Shown: in pieces, positions 1 to 8,819 of the stretch
How positions within the stretch are numbered: the stretch's first letter is position 1
Layout of the letters: the number at the start of each line of letters is the position of its first letter
Assembly (NCBI GenBank): GCA_937936805.1
Contig: CALDDP010000110.1
Location: 1-46,034 of the forward strand
From: an uncultured Gammaproteobacteria bacterium
GTDB lineage: Bacteria; Pseudomonadota; Gammaproteobacteria; GCA-001735895
Reading direction: 5' to 3'
Length of the DNA stretch: 46,034 nt
The notes under the pieces: model-generated
Seen by the model: only the letters and a program-made list of their open reading frames with translations
What the model was told of the DNA's origin: nothing
Databases searched by the model: none
Program-made: the position numbers and the translations under genes

Positions 1-134
1 AAGGTAGATTCCCACGCGTTACGCACCCGTCCGCCACTCGTCAGCCAGAGCAAGCTCTGCTGCTACCGTTCGACTTGCATGTGTTAAGCATACCGCCAGC
101 GTTCAATCTGAGCCAGGATCAAACTCTTCAGTTT
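1..134 (-). rRNA. rrs: 16S rRNA, 5' end (continues beyond window start)
   Basis: The reverse complement reads AAACTGAAGAGTTTGATCCTGGCTCAGATTGAACGCTGGCGG...ACACATGCAAGTCGAACGG, containing the 27F site and the proteobacterial 16S start. Confidence 0.98.
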
Positions 135-258
135 AAAACTATTTACGGATAGCTCCGTGTAACTTTTTTGAAGAGAGTAACCTCGACTTATTTAACGTAA
201 GTTAAAGTTCTTGGTCACTCAAATCGTAATGATACGAGTATCATCATTGACATGAGTG

Positions 259-337
259 CCCACACAAATTACCTAATCAATTGTAAAAGATCGTTTCACC
301 GGGGAACGCCCGGTGGTTTCTGGCCCTTTTCAGGGCC
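259..337 (-). promoter_or_regulatory. rrn leader antitermination elements (boxB-like hairpins, boxA, boxC)
   Basis: On the minus strand there is a GGCCCT-GAAA-AGGGCC hairpin (322-337) and a second hairpin (297-315), then boxA-like CGATCTTTTACA (282-293) and boxC TGTGTGGG (259-266), in canonical order. Confidence 0.8.
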
Positions 338-387
338 GCCTCGCAGTGCCGGAAATCGTTAAATTACCGGGGTGTTTCTAAAAGCGA

Positions 388-422
388 GGCGCGCATTATA
401 AGCCCTTTTCAGATGGCGTCAA
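388..422 (-). promoter_or_regulatory. rrn promoter P2 (sigma70)
   Basis: TTGACG (417-422), 16-nt spacer, TATAAT (395-400), then GC-rich discriminator GCGCGCC. Confidence 0.88.
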
Positions 423-549
423 CGACTTCTTCAGTATTTATTAAAAGAAATACTGACGAGTCATAATCTGCCTGATTTGCCAGGACCGTTTAATGTTACC
501 CGTCGAACCGAAACAGCGGGTTCGCACCCTGCTCTGATCGACTCGACGA

Positions 550-584
550 GGCGCGCATTATAGGCAGTAAAAATGCCGCGTCAA
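550..584 (-). promoter_or_regulatory. rrn promoter P1 (sigma70)
   Basis: TTGACG (579-584), 16-nt spacer, TATAAT (557-562), then GCGCGCC discriminator. Confidence 0.88.
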
Positions 585-603
585 GCACTAAATTCGGCTT
601 TTA

Positions 604-1803
604 TCAGGCGAGCGTGATACGGGCAAATTTGCGTTTGCCCACCTGCGCGACAACAATCACGCCCTGCGCCAGTTCCAGCCCTCGATCCGACACTTTCTCA
701 CCATCGAGTTTGACTGCGCCCTGCTGAATCATACGAAAACTTTCGGAGGTACTGCTGGTAAGTCCTGCCTGCTTCAACAGTGCGGCGATTCCCACCATTT
801 CCTGCTCGAGAGTAAGCGTGATTTCGGGCATATCATCCGGCAGCGCACCTTTGGCAAAACGATTGATAAAATCCTGCCTCGCTGCCGTTGCGGACTCTGC
901 GTCATGGAATCGCGTTATTATCTCTTCCGCCAGCAGGAATTTTATATCGCGCGGATTGGCACCATCCTCGATGTCTCGCTGGAACTGTTCAACTTCAGTC
1001 ATTGGCCGGAAACTCAGCAATTCGAAGTAGCGCCACATCAAATCATCGCTGATCGACATAAGCTTGCCGAACATTTCAGCCGGCGCATCTTCGATACCGA
1101 TATAGTTATCGAGTGACTTCGACATTTTCTGCACGCCATCGAGCCCTTCGAGAATCGGCATGGTAAGAATCACCTGTGGCTCCATACCCTCGGCCTTCAT
1201 TAATTCTCTACCCACCAACAGGTTAAATTTCTGGTCAGTACCACCAAGCTCGACGTCAGCCTTCATTTCTACCGAGTCCCAGCCCTGCACCAACGGATAA
1301 AGAAACTCGTGTATTGATATTGGCTGATTACTTTTATAGCGCTTGGCGAAGTCATCACGTTCAAGCATCCGTGCCACCGTATGGCGCGAGGCAAGCCGTA
1401 TCATATCGGCGGAGGTTCGAGGTCCGTGCCAGGTAGAGTTGAAACAAATCTCGGTCGTCTCGGGATCAAGGATCTTGAATACCTGCTCCTGGTATGTTTT
1501 TGCGTTTTGCTGGATTTGCGCAGGGGTCAGCGCGGGTCGCGTAGCGGATTTGCCACTGGGATCCCCGATCATTCCGGTAAAATCACCGATCAGAAACATA
1601 ATATGGTGACCCAGTTCCTGGAACTGGCGCATTTTGTTAATCAGGACAGTGTGCCCCAGGTGTAAATCCGGTGCAGTGGGATCGAAACCAGCCTTGATTC
1701 TCAGAGGCTTGCCACGTTTAAATTTCTCTTGCAATTCAGCCTCAAGAAGGATTTCATCACAGCCTCGTTTTATCTGTTGCATTGCATCTTTTTCTAAAAA
1801 CAT
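604..1803 (-). CDS. tyrS: Tyrosine--tRNA ligase
   Basis: [13 protein letters not shown] (HIGH), [13 protein letters not shown] and a C-terminal S4-like domain ending VGKRKF. Confidence 0.98.
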   Translation of the reverse strand: MFLEKDAMQQIKRGCDEILLEAELQEKFKRGKPLRIKAGFDPTAPDLHLGHTVLINKMRQFQELGHHIMFLIGDFTGMIGDPSGKSATRPALTPAQIQQNAKTYQEQVFKILDPETTEICFNSTWHGPRTSADMIRLASRHTVARMLERDDFAKRYKSNQPISIHEFLYPLVQGWDSVEMKADVELGGTDQKFNLLVGRELMKAEGMEPQVILTMPILEGLDGVQKMSKSLDNYIGIEDAPAEMFGKLMSISDDLMWRYFELLSFRPMTEVEQFQRDIEDGANPRDIKFLLAEEIITRFHDAESATAARQDFINRFAKGALPDDMPEITLTLEQEMVGIAALLKQAGLTSSTSESFRMIQQGAVKLDGEKVSDRGLELAQGVIVVAQVGKRKFARITLA

Positions 1804-1877
1804 GCTATATACCTGTCTGGAGGTAATATACTGGGCTTATTACCTCAATTTAACCAATAACTTAGACCTGCAACCTC

Positions 1878-3266
1878 ATGAGTTTTCAAGATCTTGATTT
1901 CAAATCTGACCGCGCCTGCCTGAATCAGGCTGAAAACTCTGTGCCAGTTGCCTCATCTCATCACCTCAATCCAATGGTCAAATTGCTGCTGATTTCGACC
2001 ATCGTAATGTTGCTGGGATTCAGTGTGTCCAACTGGCAGCCCTCGGCCAAGGCAGCGGATTCTACCCCCAAGCTGGCGCGATTACACTATTCTCTGCCAC
2101 TACCTGAATCCGTCACGCCAACGGAGCAGAAGCTAGCGCCGGTGCCGAGCGAGGTCGAAACCAGCCCATGGGAAAGCGTAACCATCAAATCGGGCGATAC
2201 GCTGGCATCCATATTTGCGAAGAAAGGCATCTCTTCGACAACCACTCATAATATAGCCAGATTAAACGAACAGACCAAAAAGCTGCGCTACATCAAACCA
2301 GGCCAGGAAATCCAGCTTCTTCTCGATGAGAACCGCAAGCTGCGGCAAATGAAGTACATCCCGGATATTACCCGAACGCTGCTAATCAAGCGGCTCGAGG
2401 ATCAGACTTTCAGCAGCGAGATCATCAATTACCAGCTTGACGCCTACCCGGTTTATCGCGAAGGCAAGATTGAGACCTCGCTGTTTGAAGCAGCAGCCGA
2501 TGCTGATATTCCTGAAGATGTCATCATGGGTCTGGCTGCTATTTTTGGCTGGGATATCGACTTCTCCCTGGATATTCGCACCGGCGACCGCTTCGGCATC
2601 GTCTACGAGGAACTCTACAAGGACGATGTCAAAATCCGTAACGGGCGCATCCTGTCAGCGGAGTTCATGAATAATGGCAAGACCTACCGTGCGGTCTACT
2701 ATACCGACCCAAAGGGAGAAAGCGATTATTATGCCCCTGACGGTAAAAGCATGCGCAAGGCTTTCCTGCGCAGTCCAGTCGAATTTTCCCGCATCAGCTC
2801 GCGCTTCAGCAAAAAGCGCTGGCATCCGGTATTGTCCAAGTGGCGATCTCATAAAGGTGTGGATTACGCCGCCTCACGCGGCACTCCGGTGCGTGCATCG
2901 GGCGATGGCAAGATAATCTTCGCCGGCAGGAAAGGCGGATATGGTCGCCTGATCGTGATCCGTCACGGTGGCCGTTATACCACCGCGTACGGCCATTTGC
3001 ACCGCTACGCAAGAGGTGCTCGCAGTGGCAAAAAAGTAAAACAGGGTCAAATTATCGGCTACGTAGGTAGCTCCGGCCTGGCTACCGGGCCGCATCTGCA
3101 CTACGAATTCAGGGTCAACGGGGTCCATCGCAACCCGCTAACGGTCAGACTGCCCGAAGCCAAACCGGTGCATGAATCCTATCTCCCCCACTTCAAAGAG
3201 AATACCCAGGTTTATCTGTCGATGTTGCGCCTGATGGATCGCACATTGGCCGACAACTCGCAGTGA
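1878..3266 (+). CDS. M23 family peptidoglycan DD-metalloendopeptidase (MepM/OapA-like)
   Basis: N-terminal membrane anchor, LysM-like segment (IKSGDTLASIF), and Zn motifs HKGVD and ATGPHLHYE. Sits in the usual tyrS-anmK context. Confidence 0.93.
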   Translation: MSFQDLDFKSDRACLNQAENSVPVASSHHLNPMVKLLLISTIVMLLGFSVSNWQPSAKAADSTPKLARLHYSLPLPESVTPTEQKLAPVPSEVETSPWESVTIKSGDTLASIFAKKGISSTTTHNIARLNEQTKKLRYIKPGQEIQLLLDENRKLRQMKYIPDITRTLLIKRLEDQTFSSEIINYQLDAYPVYREGKIETSLFEAAADADIPEDVIMGLAAIFGWDIDFSLDIRTGDRFGIVYEELYKDDVKIRNGRILSAEFMNNGKTYRAVYYTDPKGESDYYAPDGKSMRKAFLRSPVEFSRISSRFSKKRWHPVLSKWRSHKGVDYAASRGTPVRASGDGKIIFAGRKGGYGRLIVIRHGGRYTTAYGHLHRYARGARSGKKVKQGQIIGYVGSSGLATGPHLHYEFRVNGVHRNPLTVRLPEAKPVHESYLPHFKENTQVYLSMLRLMDRTLADNSQ

Positions 3267-4387
3267 CCCAAAACCCGGGCAGCGAGATTTACATCGGCCT
3301 GATGTCCGGTACCAGTCTTGACGGGGTCGATGTCGCAATCGTTGATTTCAGTGATTTCCCACCTCGCCTGCTCCACTGCAGCACAAGCCCATATACCGAA
3401 TTGCTGCGCAATCGCCTGCACGGTCTTTGTCAGTCAGAAACAACCACGCTGGACAATCTGTATGATCTGGATGCGGAGTTGGGCGAACTGTACGCCGAAT
3501 CGATTAACCATGCGCTAGAACTCGCCTCGCTGGATCGCGCAAAAGTAATAGCCACGGGCTGCCACGGACAGACAATACGTCACAGTCCTGACTCCCGTAG
3601 ACCCTTCACCGCGCAAATTGGCGATCCCAACCGCATTGCTGCGTTGACCGGCATTGCCACCGTTGCCGATTTCAGGCGCAAGGACATCGCCGTTGGCGGC
3701 CAGGCAGCACCCCTGGCGCCCGCCTTTCATCGCTTCCTGTTTAGATCGGATGACGAAAATCGCGCCCTGATAAATATCGGCGGCATTGCCAATATCACTT
3801 ACCTGCCCGGTAATCCCGCCGCCCCCCTGGTGGGATTTGATACCGGGCCCGGTAACACATTGCTGAACTACTGGAACGAGACACACCAGAAAACTCCGTT
3901 TGACGACGCCGGAAACTGGGCGCGAAGCGGCCAGGTTATCGACAAGCTGCTCGAGGAAATTATGGCAGCAGAAAATTACTTCCGCCTGGCGCCCCCCAAG
4001 TCCACCGGCACCGAATACTTCAACGCAAAATGGTTAATGCGCTTTCTGCGCGATGAATATGAACCGAATGACGTGCAGGCGACACTGGTCGAACTAACCG
4101 CAACCACGATTGCCAATGCCCTGGCGGGGTTGCCTGAATTGCCGGCAAACTGCTTTGTCTGCGGAGGCGGAGCTCACAATCTGTATCTGCTCGAACGTCT
4201 TGCACAAAAAATGCCACAATGCGGCGTTGCCACCACCAGCACTCTTGACCTGGACCCTGATTTTGTCGAGGCGGTCGCATTTGCCTGGCTTGCACGCGAG
4301 CGCGTAAACCTGCGCAGCGGCAATATCCCGGAAGTAACAAGGGCCAGTCGCAGAGCCATTCTCGGCGGAATTTATGCGCCCGAATAA
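3263..4387 (+). CDS. anmK: Anhydro-N-acetylmuramic acid kinase
   Basis: Motifs IGLMSGTSLDGVD, HGQTIRH, NIGGIANIT, FDTGPGN, PKSTG. GTGA overlap with the upstream gene. Confidence 0.96.
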   Translation: MTQNPGSEIYIGLMSGTSLDGVDVAIVDFSDFPPRLLHCSTSPYTELLRNRLHGLCQSETTTLDNLYDLDAELGELYAESINHALELASLDRAKVIATGCHGQTIRHSPDSRRPFTAQIGDPNRIAALTGIATVADFRRKDIAVGGQAAPLAPAFHRFLFRSDDENRALINIGGIANITYLPGNPAAPLVGFDTGPGNTLLNYWNETHQKTPFDDAGNWARSGQVIDKLLEEIMAAENYFRLAPPKSTGTEYFNAKWLMRFLRDEYEPNDVQATLVELTATTIANALAGLPELPANCFVCGGGAHNLYLLERLAQKMPQCGVATTSTLDLDPDFVEAVAFAWLARERVNLRSGNIPEVTRASRRAILGGIYAPE

Positions 4388-4400
4388 GGGTTAATACTTA

Positions 4401-4441
4401 AGTGACATAGTTTACAAAGCCGGTCAATCAGGTGCTATATT
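4401..4441 (+). promoter_or_regulatory. Putative CRP-family site with extended -10 promoter
   Basis: AGTGA-N6-TTACA (4401-4416; consensus TGTGA-N6-TCACA) and TGcTATATT (4433-4441). Confidence 0.45.
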
Positions 4442-4519
4442 AGTATTTTCAGGACCTTTTAGAATGTTAGACTATACTTATGTCATCTATCGCAAAAGTT
4501 AGATCCCGCCACGACTTCA

Positions 4520-5266
4520 ATGAGTAAGATAACCCTGACAAACCGTGTTTGCTTAATTTCAGCGCTATTGTGGCTGACGATTGGCACCGCCGAAGCAGAA
4601 TTTATCGGTCTCAATCTTGGCGCCAGTCACTGGCAATCGGCTACCTCCAGCTCATTTGAGGCCAATGATACGGATAGCATTGACCTGATTGATGATCTCG
4701 ATGTCGATAACCCCGAACAGTCATCGATGACATTTATCCTCGAGCATCCGATTACCGCACTGCCTAATATCAGGTACCAGGGCTCTCAACTCGATTCAAA
4801 TACAAGTTTGCGGGGTGAAACCTTCAGCTCGGAAGGCCAGGCGAGCTCTGCTTTCGATCTCTCCCATGACGATATCGTACTCTATTACCAGCTACTCGAT
4901 AACTGGGTAGACCTCGATCTGGGAGTCGATGTGAAGCGCCTGGACGGTGAGGTATCGTTTGCCGGTGCAAACAGTAGCGCGGTATCTGTCGATGAAACGA
5001 TACCGTTGCTGTATCTGTCTGCACGCTTCGACCTGCCGCTGGATGGCCTTTATCTTGGTGCCAACATCAATGCTAATGTTATCGATCTGGGTGTCAGCGA
5101 GAGCAGCGCGCAGGATTCCACCTTCATGATGGGCTATGAATCGGGGACCGGCCTCGGTATCGAAGGCGGGTATAAGTACTTCTCGCTCGATCTGGACAAC
5201 GTCGACGAACCAGATACAGACCTGGAGTACGACGGGGTTTTTCTTAACGGCTACATCAACTTCTAG
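4520..5266 (+). CDS. Outer membrane beta-barrel protein (TIGR04219-like)
   Basis: Signal peptide, LEHPITALPNIR and LYYQLLDNWVDLDLG segments typical of the family, amphipathic strands, and C-terminal Phe (BAM signal). Confidence 0.8.
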   Translation: MSKITLTNRVCLISALLWLTIGTAEAEFIGLNLGASHWQSATSSSFEANDTDSIDLIDDLDVDNPEQSSMTFILEHPITALPNIRYQGSQLDSNTSLRGETFSSEGQASSAFDLSHDDIVLYYQLLDNWVDLDLGVDVKRLDGEVSFAGANSSAVSVDETIPLLYLSARFDLPLDGLYLGANINANVIDLGVSESSAQDSTFMMGYESGTGLGIEGGYKYFSLDLDNVDEPDTDLEYDGVFLNGYINF

Positions 5267-5538
5267 CCAATACTCCAAATTCAACAATTCTTCAGTTTCT
5301 GGACAGGGTTAATTCAGGCTCTGTGCCCGGTATTGCGCATTACAGGGCAACCCGATAACTGCACGCAAAGCAGAGGCGAAACTGCGATCAACCAATTATG
5401 CCCGCAAGGCGTGTACTGATGGAGAGGTATAGCGCTCGAGTGGAATGCAGCGCGCGAAGAAGGCGGGGATTAAGCGATTTAGTATCGATTGCAGGCGCGC
5501 GGCGATGCTGCTCGAACCGGACGGTCAGGGACTACTCG

Positions 5539-5922
5539 TTAAATTGAAAACGAAGCACCGCAACCACAGGTTGAGGTTGCATTCGGATTATTCACTACGA
5601 ACATCGCCCCTTCGAGGCCCTCCTGGAAATCGACTTCGGATCCCGCCAGGTACTGGTAGCTCTTTTGATCGATAATCAGGGTTGCCCCGTCCTTTTGTAC
5701 CGTTTTATCAGTGGGCTTGACTTCCTCGTCAAGCGAAAAGGTGTACTGGAACCCGGAACACCCGCCGCCGTAAACCGATACTCGCAGCATCAGCTCAGGG
5801 TTTCCTTCTTCTGCCTGCAACGATTTCAACTTGCGCACAGCAGAATCCGAGAACTCAAGCATTGTTTCAGCCGAACTCGAGCCGAGCGCCATACCAAAAT
5901 TCGCGTCGATAACTACTTCCAT
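5539..5922 (-). CDS. erpA: Iron-sulfur cluster insertion protein ErpA (start uncertain)
   Basis: GGGCSGFQY and [14 protein letters not shown] motifs. Usual position between argC and anmK. Confidence 0.93.
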   Translation of the reverse strand: MEVVIDANFGMALGSSSAETMLEFSDSAVRKLKSLQAEEGNPELMLRVSVYGGGCSGFQYTFSLDEEVKPTDKTVQKDGATLIIDQKSYQYLAGSEVDFQEGLEGAMFVVNNPNATSTCGCGASFSI

Positions 5923-5973
5923 AACATTACTCGTTTCATTTGCAGCTTACCCGGCCGGCCTGCCGCGTTAGTC

Positions 5974-6414
5974 CTAAGTTTCAGTAACCGGTTCGCCAGT
6001 ATTACCGCTGTTAGTTTCCGACTTGTCCTCAAGGCGCTTTGGCTGCTGGCTCCCCTGTGGCTGATGCACAAGGCCGCCATTGACTTCGGCACCGATCGCC
6101 ATCTCGATCAAATTATAATACACACTACCGTTGATTCTGGATTTCGGTGCAAGTTCGACACGCGTCGAGCCGTAAACATCACCGACAATTTCACCGTTGA
6201 GCACCATGTTAGGCACGTTGACCTCGCCCTCGATACGGCCGAATTCGCTTAGAATCAGCATTGCCGTGCTCCCCTGTTCGGCGACTACGTTGCCGTTGAT
6301 TGTACCATCGACATGCAGTCCTCCGGTAAACACCAGATCACCGTTGATTTCGGTACCCTGCCCGATCAATGTGTCGACTCGGGAAGCGCTGAACCCCTTT
6401 TTTTTACCAAACAT
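5974..6414 (-). CDS. Bactofilin (polymer-forming cytoskeletal protein)
   Basis: Beta-helical repeats TLIGQGTEINGDLVF.GGLHVDG...G.I.G.V. Confidence 0.92.
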   Translation of the reverse strand: MFGKKKGFSASRVDTLIGQGTEINGDLVFTGGLHVDGTINGNVVAEQGSTAMLILSEFGRIEGEVNVPNMVLNGEIVGDVYGSTRVELAPKSRINGSVYYNLIEMAIGAEVNGGLVHQPQGSQQPKRLEDKSETNSGNTGEPVTET

Positions 6415-7140
6415 TTATACACCCTCGGACAAAACGCGCGTCCATGAAATAGTTTCTGAAAATGATTTTACCTTCTTTGTAGTCGGTTTGATGCCAATTT
6501 CTACCTCAAAAGGAACAAAACCGTCAGGTAACGCGATGTCTCCTTCGAAAACCTGGAAGTATCGAAAGGAGAACTTTGTGCCTTTCGGAGGTTTTTCAAG
6601 CTCCAGATCGGATATTTTAAATTCGCTGACGCTACCGGCCTGCTCACCGCGAATCATTACACTGGTACCACCCTTGACCTTCTTGGAACTTTTGCCACTC
6701 TTGGTCAGGATCATCTTATAACTGTACTGATTTTGACTGTTCTTTTTGCGCATCTCGAAAGACTGCAGATTTACGCCTAAAGCCGTATCTTTGGGGGAAA
6801 CAATACCCTGGTAAAAGATCAGTTCCTCCTTTTGCGCCAACAACTCCTGCTGCAGCCTTGCCAGTTCCTGGTTGGCGAGTTCATAGGCGTCGCGTTCAAT
6901 TTTGCTACCGCCTTCCAGGTGAGCATTTTTCTGCACCAGACTATGGTTACGGTTTTCCAGCTCGGCGATACGGCTCATCAGGGTCTCACGTTCAAGCCGT
7001 AATCGATCCAGTTCGTAGGACTGATAACCTTCACCGAGATAAAAAAACATGCCCATCAGTGCGATTATTGAGCCTATACCAAGCCAGACTTTCCACGGTT
7101 GATATTGCCTGACCTGAAATCCTCGATGTAGTTTGCTCAC
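6415..7140 (-). CDS. Membrane-anchored coiled-coil protein (DUF6776-like)
   Basis: One TM helix, a coiled coil ending [11 protein letters not shown], and C-terminal [24 protein letters not shown] start overlaps the argC stop. Confidence 0.75.
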   Translation of the reverse strand: MSKLHRGFQVRQYQPWKVWLGIGSIIALMGMFFYLGEGYQSYELDRLRLERETLMSRIAELENRNHSLVQKNAHLEGGSKIERDAYELANQELARLQQELLAQKEELIFYQGIVSPKDTALGVNLQSFEMRKKNSQNQYSYKMILTKSGKSSKKVKGGTSVMIRGEQAGSVSEFKISDLELEKPPKGTKFSFRYFQVFEGDIALPDGFVPFEVEIGIKPTTKKVKSFSETISWTRVLSEGV

Positions 7141-8165
7141 GGCATCACCCCTGGAGCTTCCAGGCCGGTGGTTTCATCCAGTCCAAACATCAGGTTCATA
7201 TTCTGGATCGCCTGTCCGGCTGCACCTTTGACGAGGTTGTCCTCTACCGACAACACGACATACTTGTTTGCCGAGGGCAGGTAATGCACCGCGATACGAC
7301 ATATATTGGCTCCACGCACACTGCGAGTTTCCGGATGCGCCCCTGCAGGCATTACATCGACAAAGGGTTCATCGCGATAATGATCCTCAAACAGGCTTTG
7401 CACCTGATCGGCGGATCCCCTCGCGTCCGCATAGACTGTCGCATGGATGCCACGAATAATTGGCATCAGATGAGGTGTAAATACCAGGTCGGCGCCAGTA
7501 TCCAGAGTCTGCAGGACCTCCCGGATTTCAGGCAGATGGCGATGCCCGGAGACCGCATATGCCTTGACCGATTCGGTAACCTCACAAAATGCAGTACCGA
7601 CGCTGGCGTTGCGGCCGGCGCCACTGGTACCCGATTTACAATCCGCGATGATTGATTCCGGATCGATCAAGTTGTTCGCCAACAATGGCATCACGGCAAG
7701 AATCACAGCCGTAGGATAACAGCCAGGGTTGGCAACCAGGCGAGCGTCCCGGATCGCTTCGCGGTTTAATTCAGGCAGCCCATAAACAGCTTCCTCGAGC
7801 AAAGCCGGGCAGGCATGAGTTGCGCCATACCATTGTTCCCAGGTCGGGACGTGTTTGATTCTGAAGTCCGCTGCCAGATCAATCAGCCTGATTCCGGCAT
7901 CGAGCAATTCTTCAGCCTGGGACATTGCCGTAGTGTTTGGAGTCGCAAAAAAAACCAGGTCACAGTCCCGGTAGGATCCGGCCGCTGGTTCGCTAAAATT
8001 CAAATCAATCTGGCCACGCAGGTTCGGGAACAACTCAGCAACCGCGCTACCAGCTTGCGACCGCGACGTAATGACTTCCAGTTTTACCCGGGGATGCCGC
8101 GCCAGTAAGCGCATCAATTCCACCCCGGTATACCCGGTGCCACCAACAATTCCAACCTTGATCAT
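7137..8165 (-). CDS. argC: N-acetyl-gamma-glutamyl-phosphate reductase
   Basis: [15 protein letters not shown] (catalytic Cys), [11 protein letters not shown]. Confidence 0.98.
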   Translation of the reverse strand: MIKVGIVGGTGYTGVELMRLLARHPRVKLEVITSRSQAGSAVAELFPNLRGQIDLNFSEPAAGSYRDCDLVFFATPNTTAMSQAEELLDAGIRLIDLAADFRIKHVPTWEQWYGATHACPALLEEAVYGLPELNREAIRDARLVANPGCYPTAVILAVMPLLANNLIDPESIIADCKSGTSGAGRNASVGTAFCEVTESVKAYAVSGHRHLPEIREVLQTLDTGADLVFTPHLMPIIRGIHATVYADARGSADQVQSLFEDHYRDEPFVDVMPAGAHPETRSVRGANICRIAVHYLPSANKYVVLSVEDNLVKGAAGQAIQNMNLMFGLDETTGLEAPGVMP

Positions 8166-8283
8166 TCGTTTATCTGATTCTTGCCTTTAAAAAGGACGCA
8201 GCATTATACATTGATAGTAATGCGAGACCATTTAAATCCACTAGTTTACAATCGTTTAGCACAACTTGCTGAGAGATTCTTTA

Positions 8284-8706
8284 ATGATTTGGGTAAAAGC
8301 ATTCCACATTATATTCATGGTGGCCTGGTTTGCCGGCTTATTCTATTTGCCGCGATTATTCGTTAACCATGCCATGGCCGAAGAAGACGATGTCAGGGCC
8401 CGCCTGGTAGTAATGGAAGGCAAGCTTTACCGATTCATCACACCATGGATGCTGCTAACAATCATTTTCGGCCTGTGGCTGCTGTTTGACTATGCCTGGG
8501 CCGCCTACGCCAGCATGTGGTGGCTACATTTAAAACTGGTGCTGGTCGTGGCGCTGGTTGGTTATCATTTTTACTGCGGCAAACTGCTGCGCGCGCTGGC
8601 CGACAATCGCTGCCAGCACTCGCATCTATGGTTTCGCTGGTTCAATGAATTACCGGTACTGGTTTTGTTCGCGGTCGTAATACTCGCCGTCGTTAAACCT
8701 TTTTAG
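8284..8706 (+). CDS. hemJ: Protoporphyrinogen oxidase HemJ (CopD family)
   Basis: WVKAFHIIFMVAWFAGLFYLPRLFV, WLHLKL and FNELP...VVKPF. ATG at 8284 chosen over the upstream TTG. Confidence 0.9.
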   Translation: MIWVKAFHIIFMVAWFAGLFYLPRLFVNHAMAEEDDVRARLVVMEGKLYRFITPWMLLTIIFGLWLLFDYAWAAYASMWWLHLKLVLVVALVGYHFYCGKLLRALADNRCQHSHLWFRWFNELPVLVLFAVVILAVVKPF

Positions 8707-8794
8707 AGGCTACTTCAGGTAGCGCCGTAAAACAATGCTGCTGATTTCACGGCACTTTTACAAGATCCCCGATATGAGCTCCGCACATTAGCGG

Positions 8795-8819
8795 ATGACG
8801 CCGCTTTGGGCGGCGTCAT
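8795..8819. terminator. 10-bp stem-loop between convergent hemJ and ptsP
   Basis: ATGACGCCGC-tttgg-GCGGCGTCAT overlaps the ptsP stop codon. No clear U-tract. Confidence 0.45.

Noticed and set aside
5342-5385. ACAGGGCAACCC...ACGCAAAGC resembles the c-di-GMP-I (GEMM) riboswitch core
   Set aside because: It lacks the GAAA-capped stem and the GGG before ACGCAAAGC, and it sits between two convergent 3' ends with no downstream gene to control.
5375-5425. CGAAAC and CTGATGG suggest a hammerhead ribozyme
   Set aside because: The core is CTGATGG rather than CTGATGA, and I could not build the three stems.
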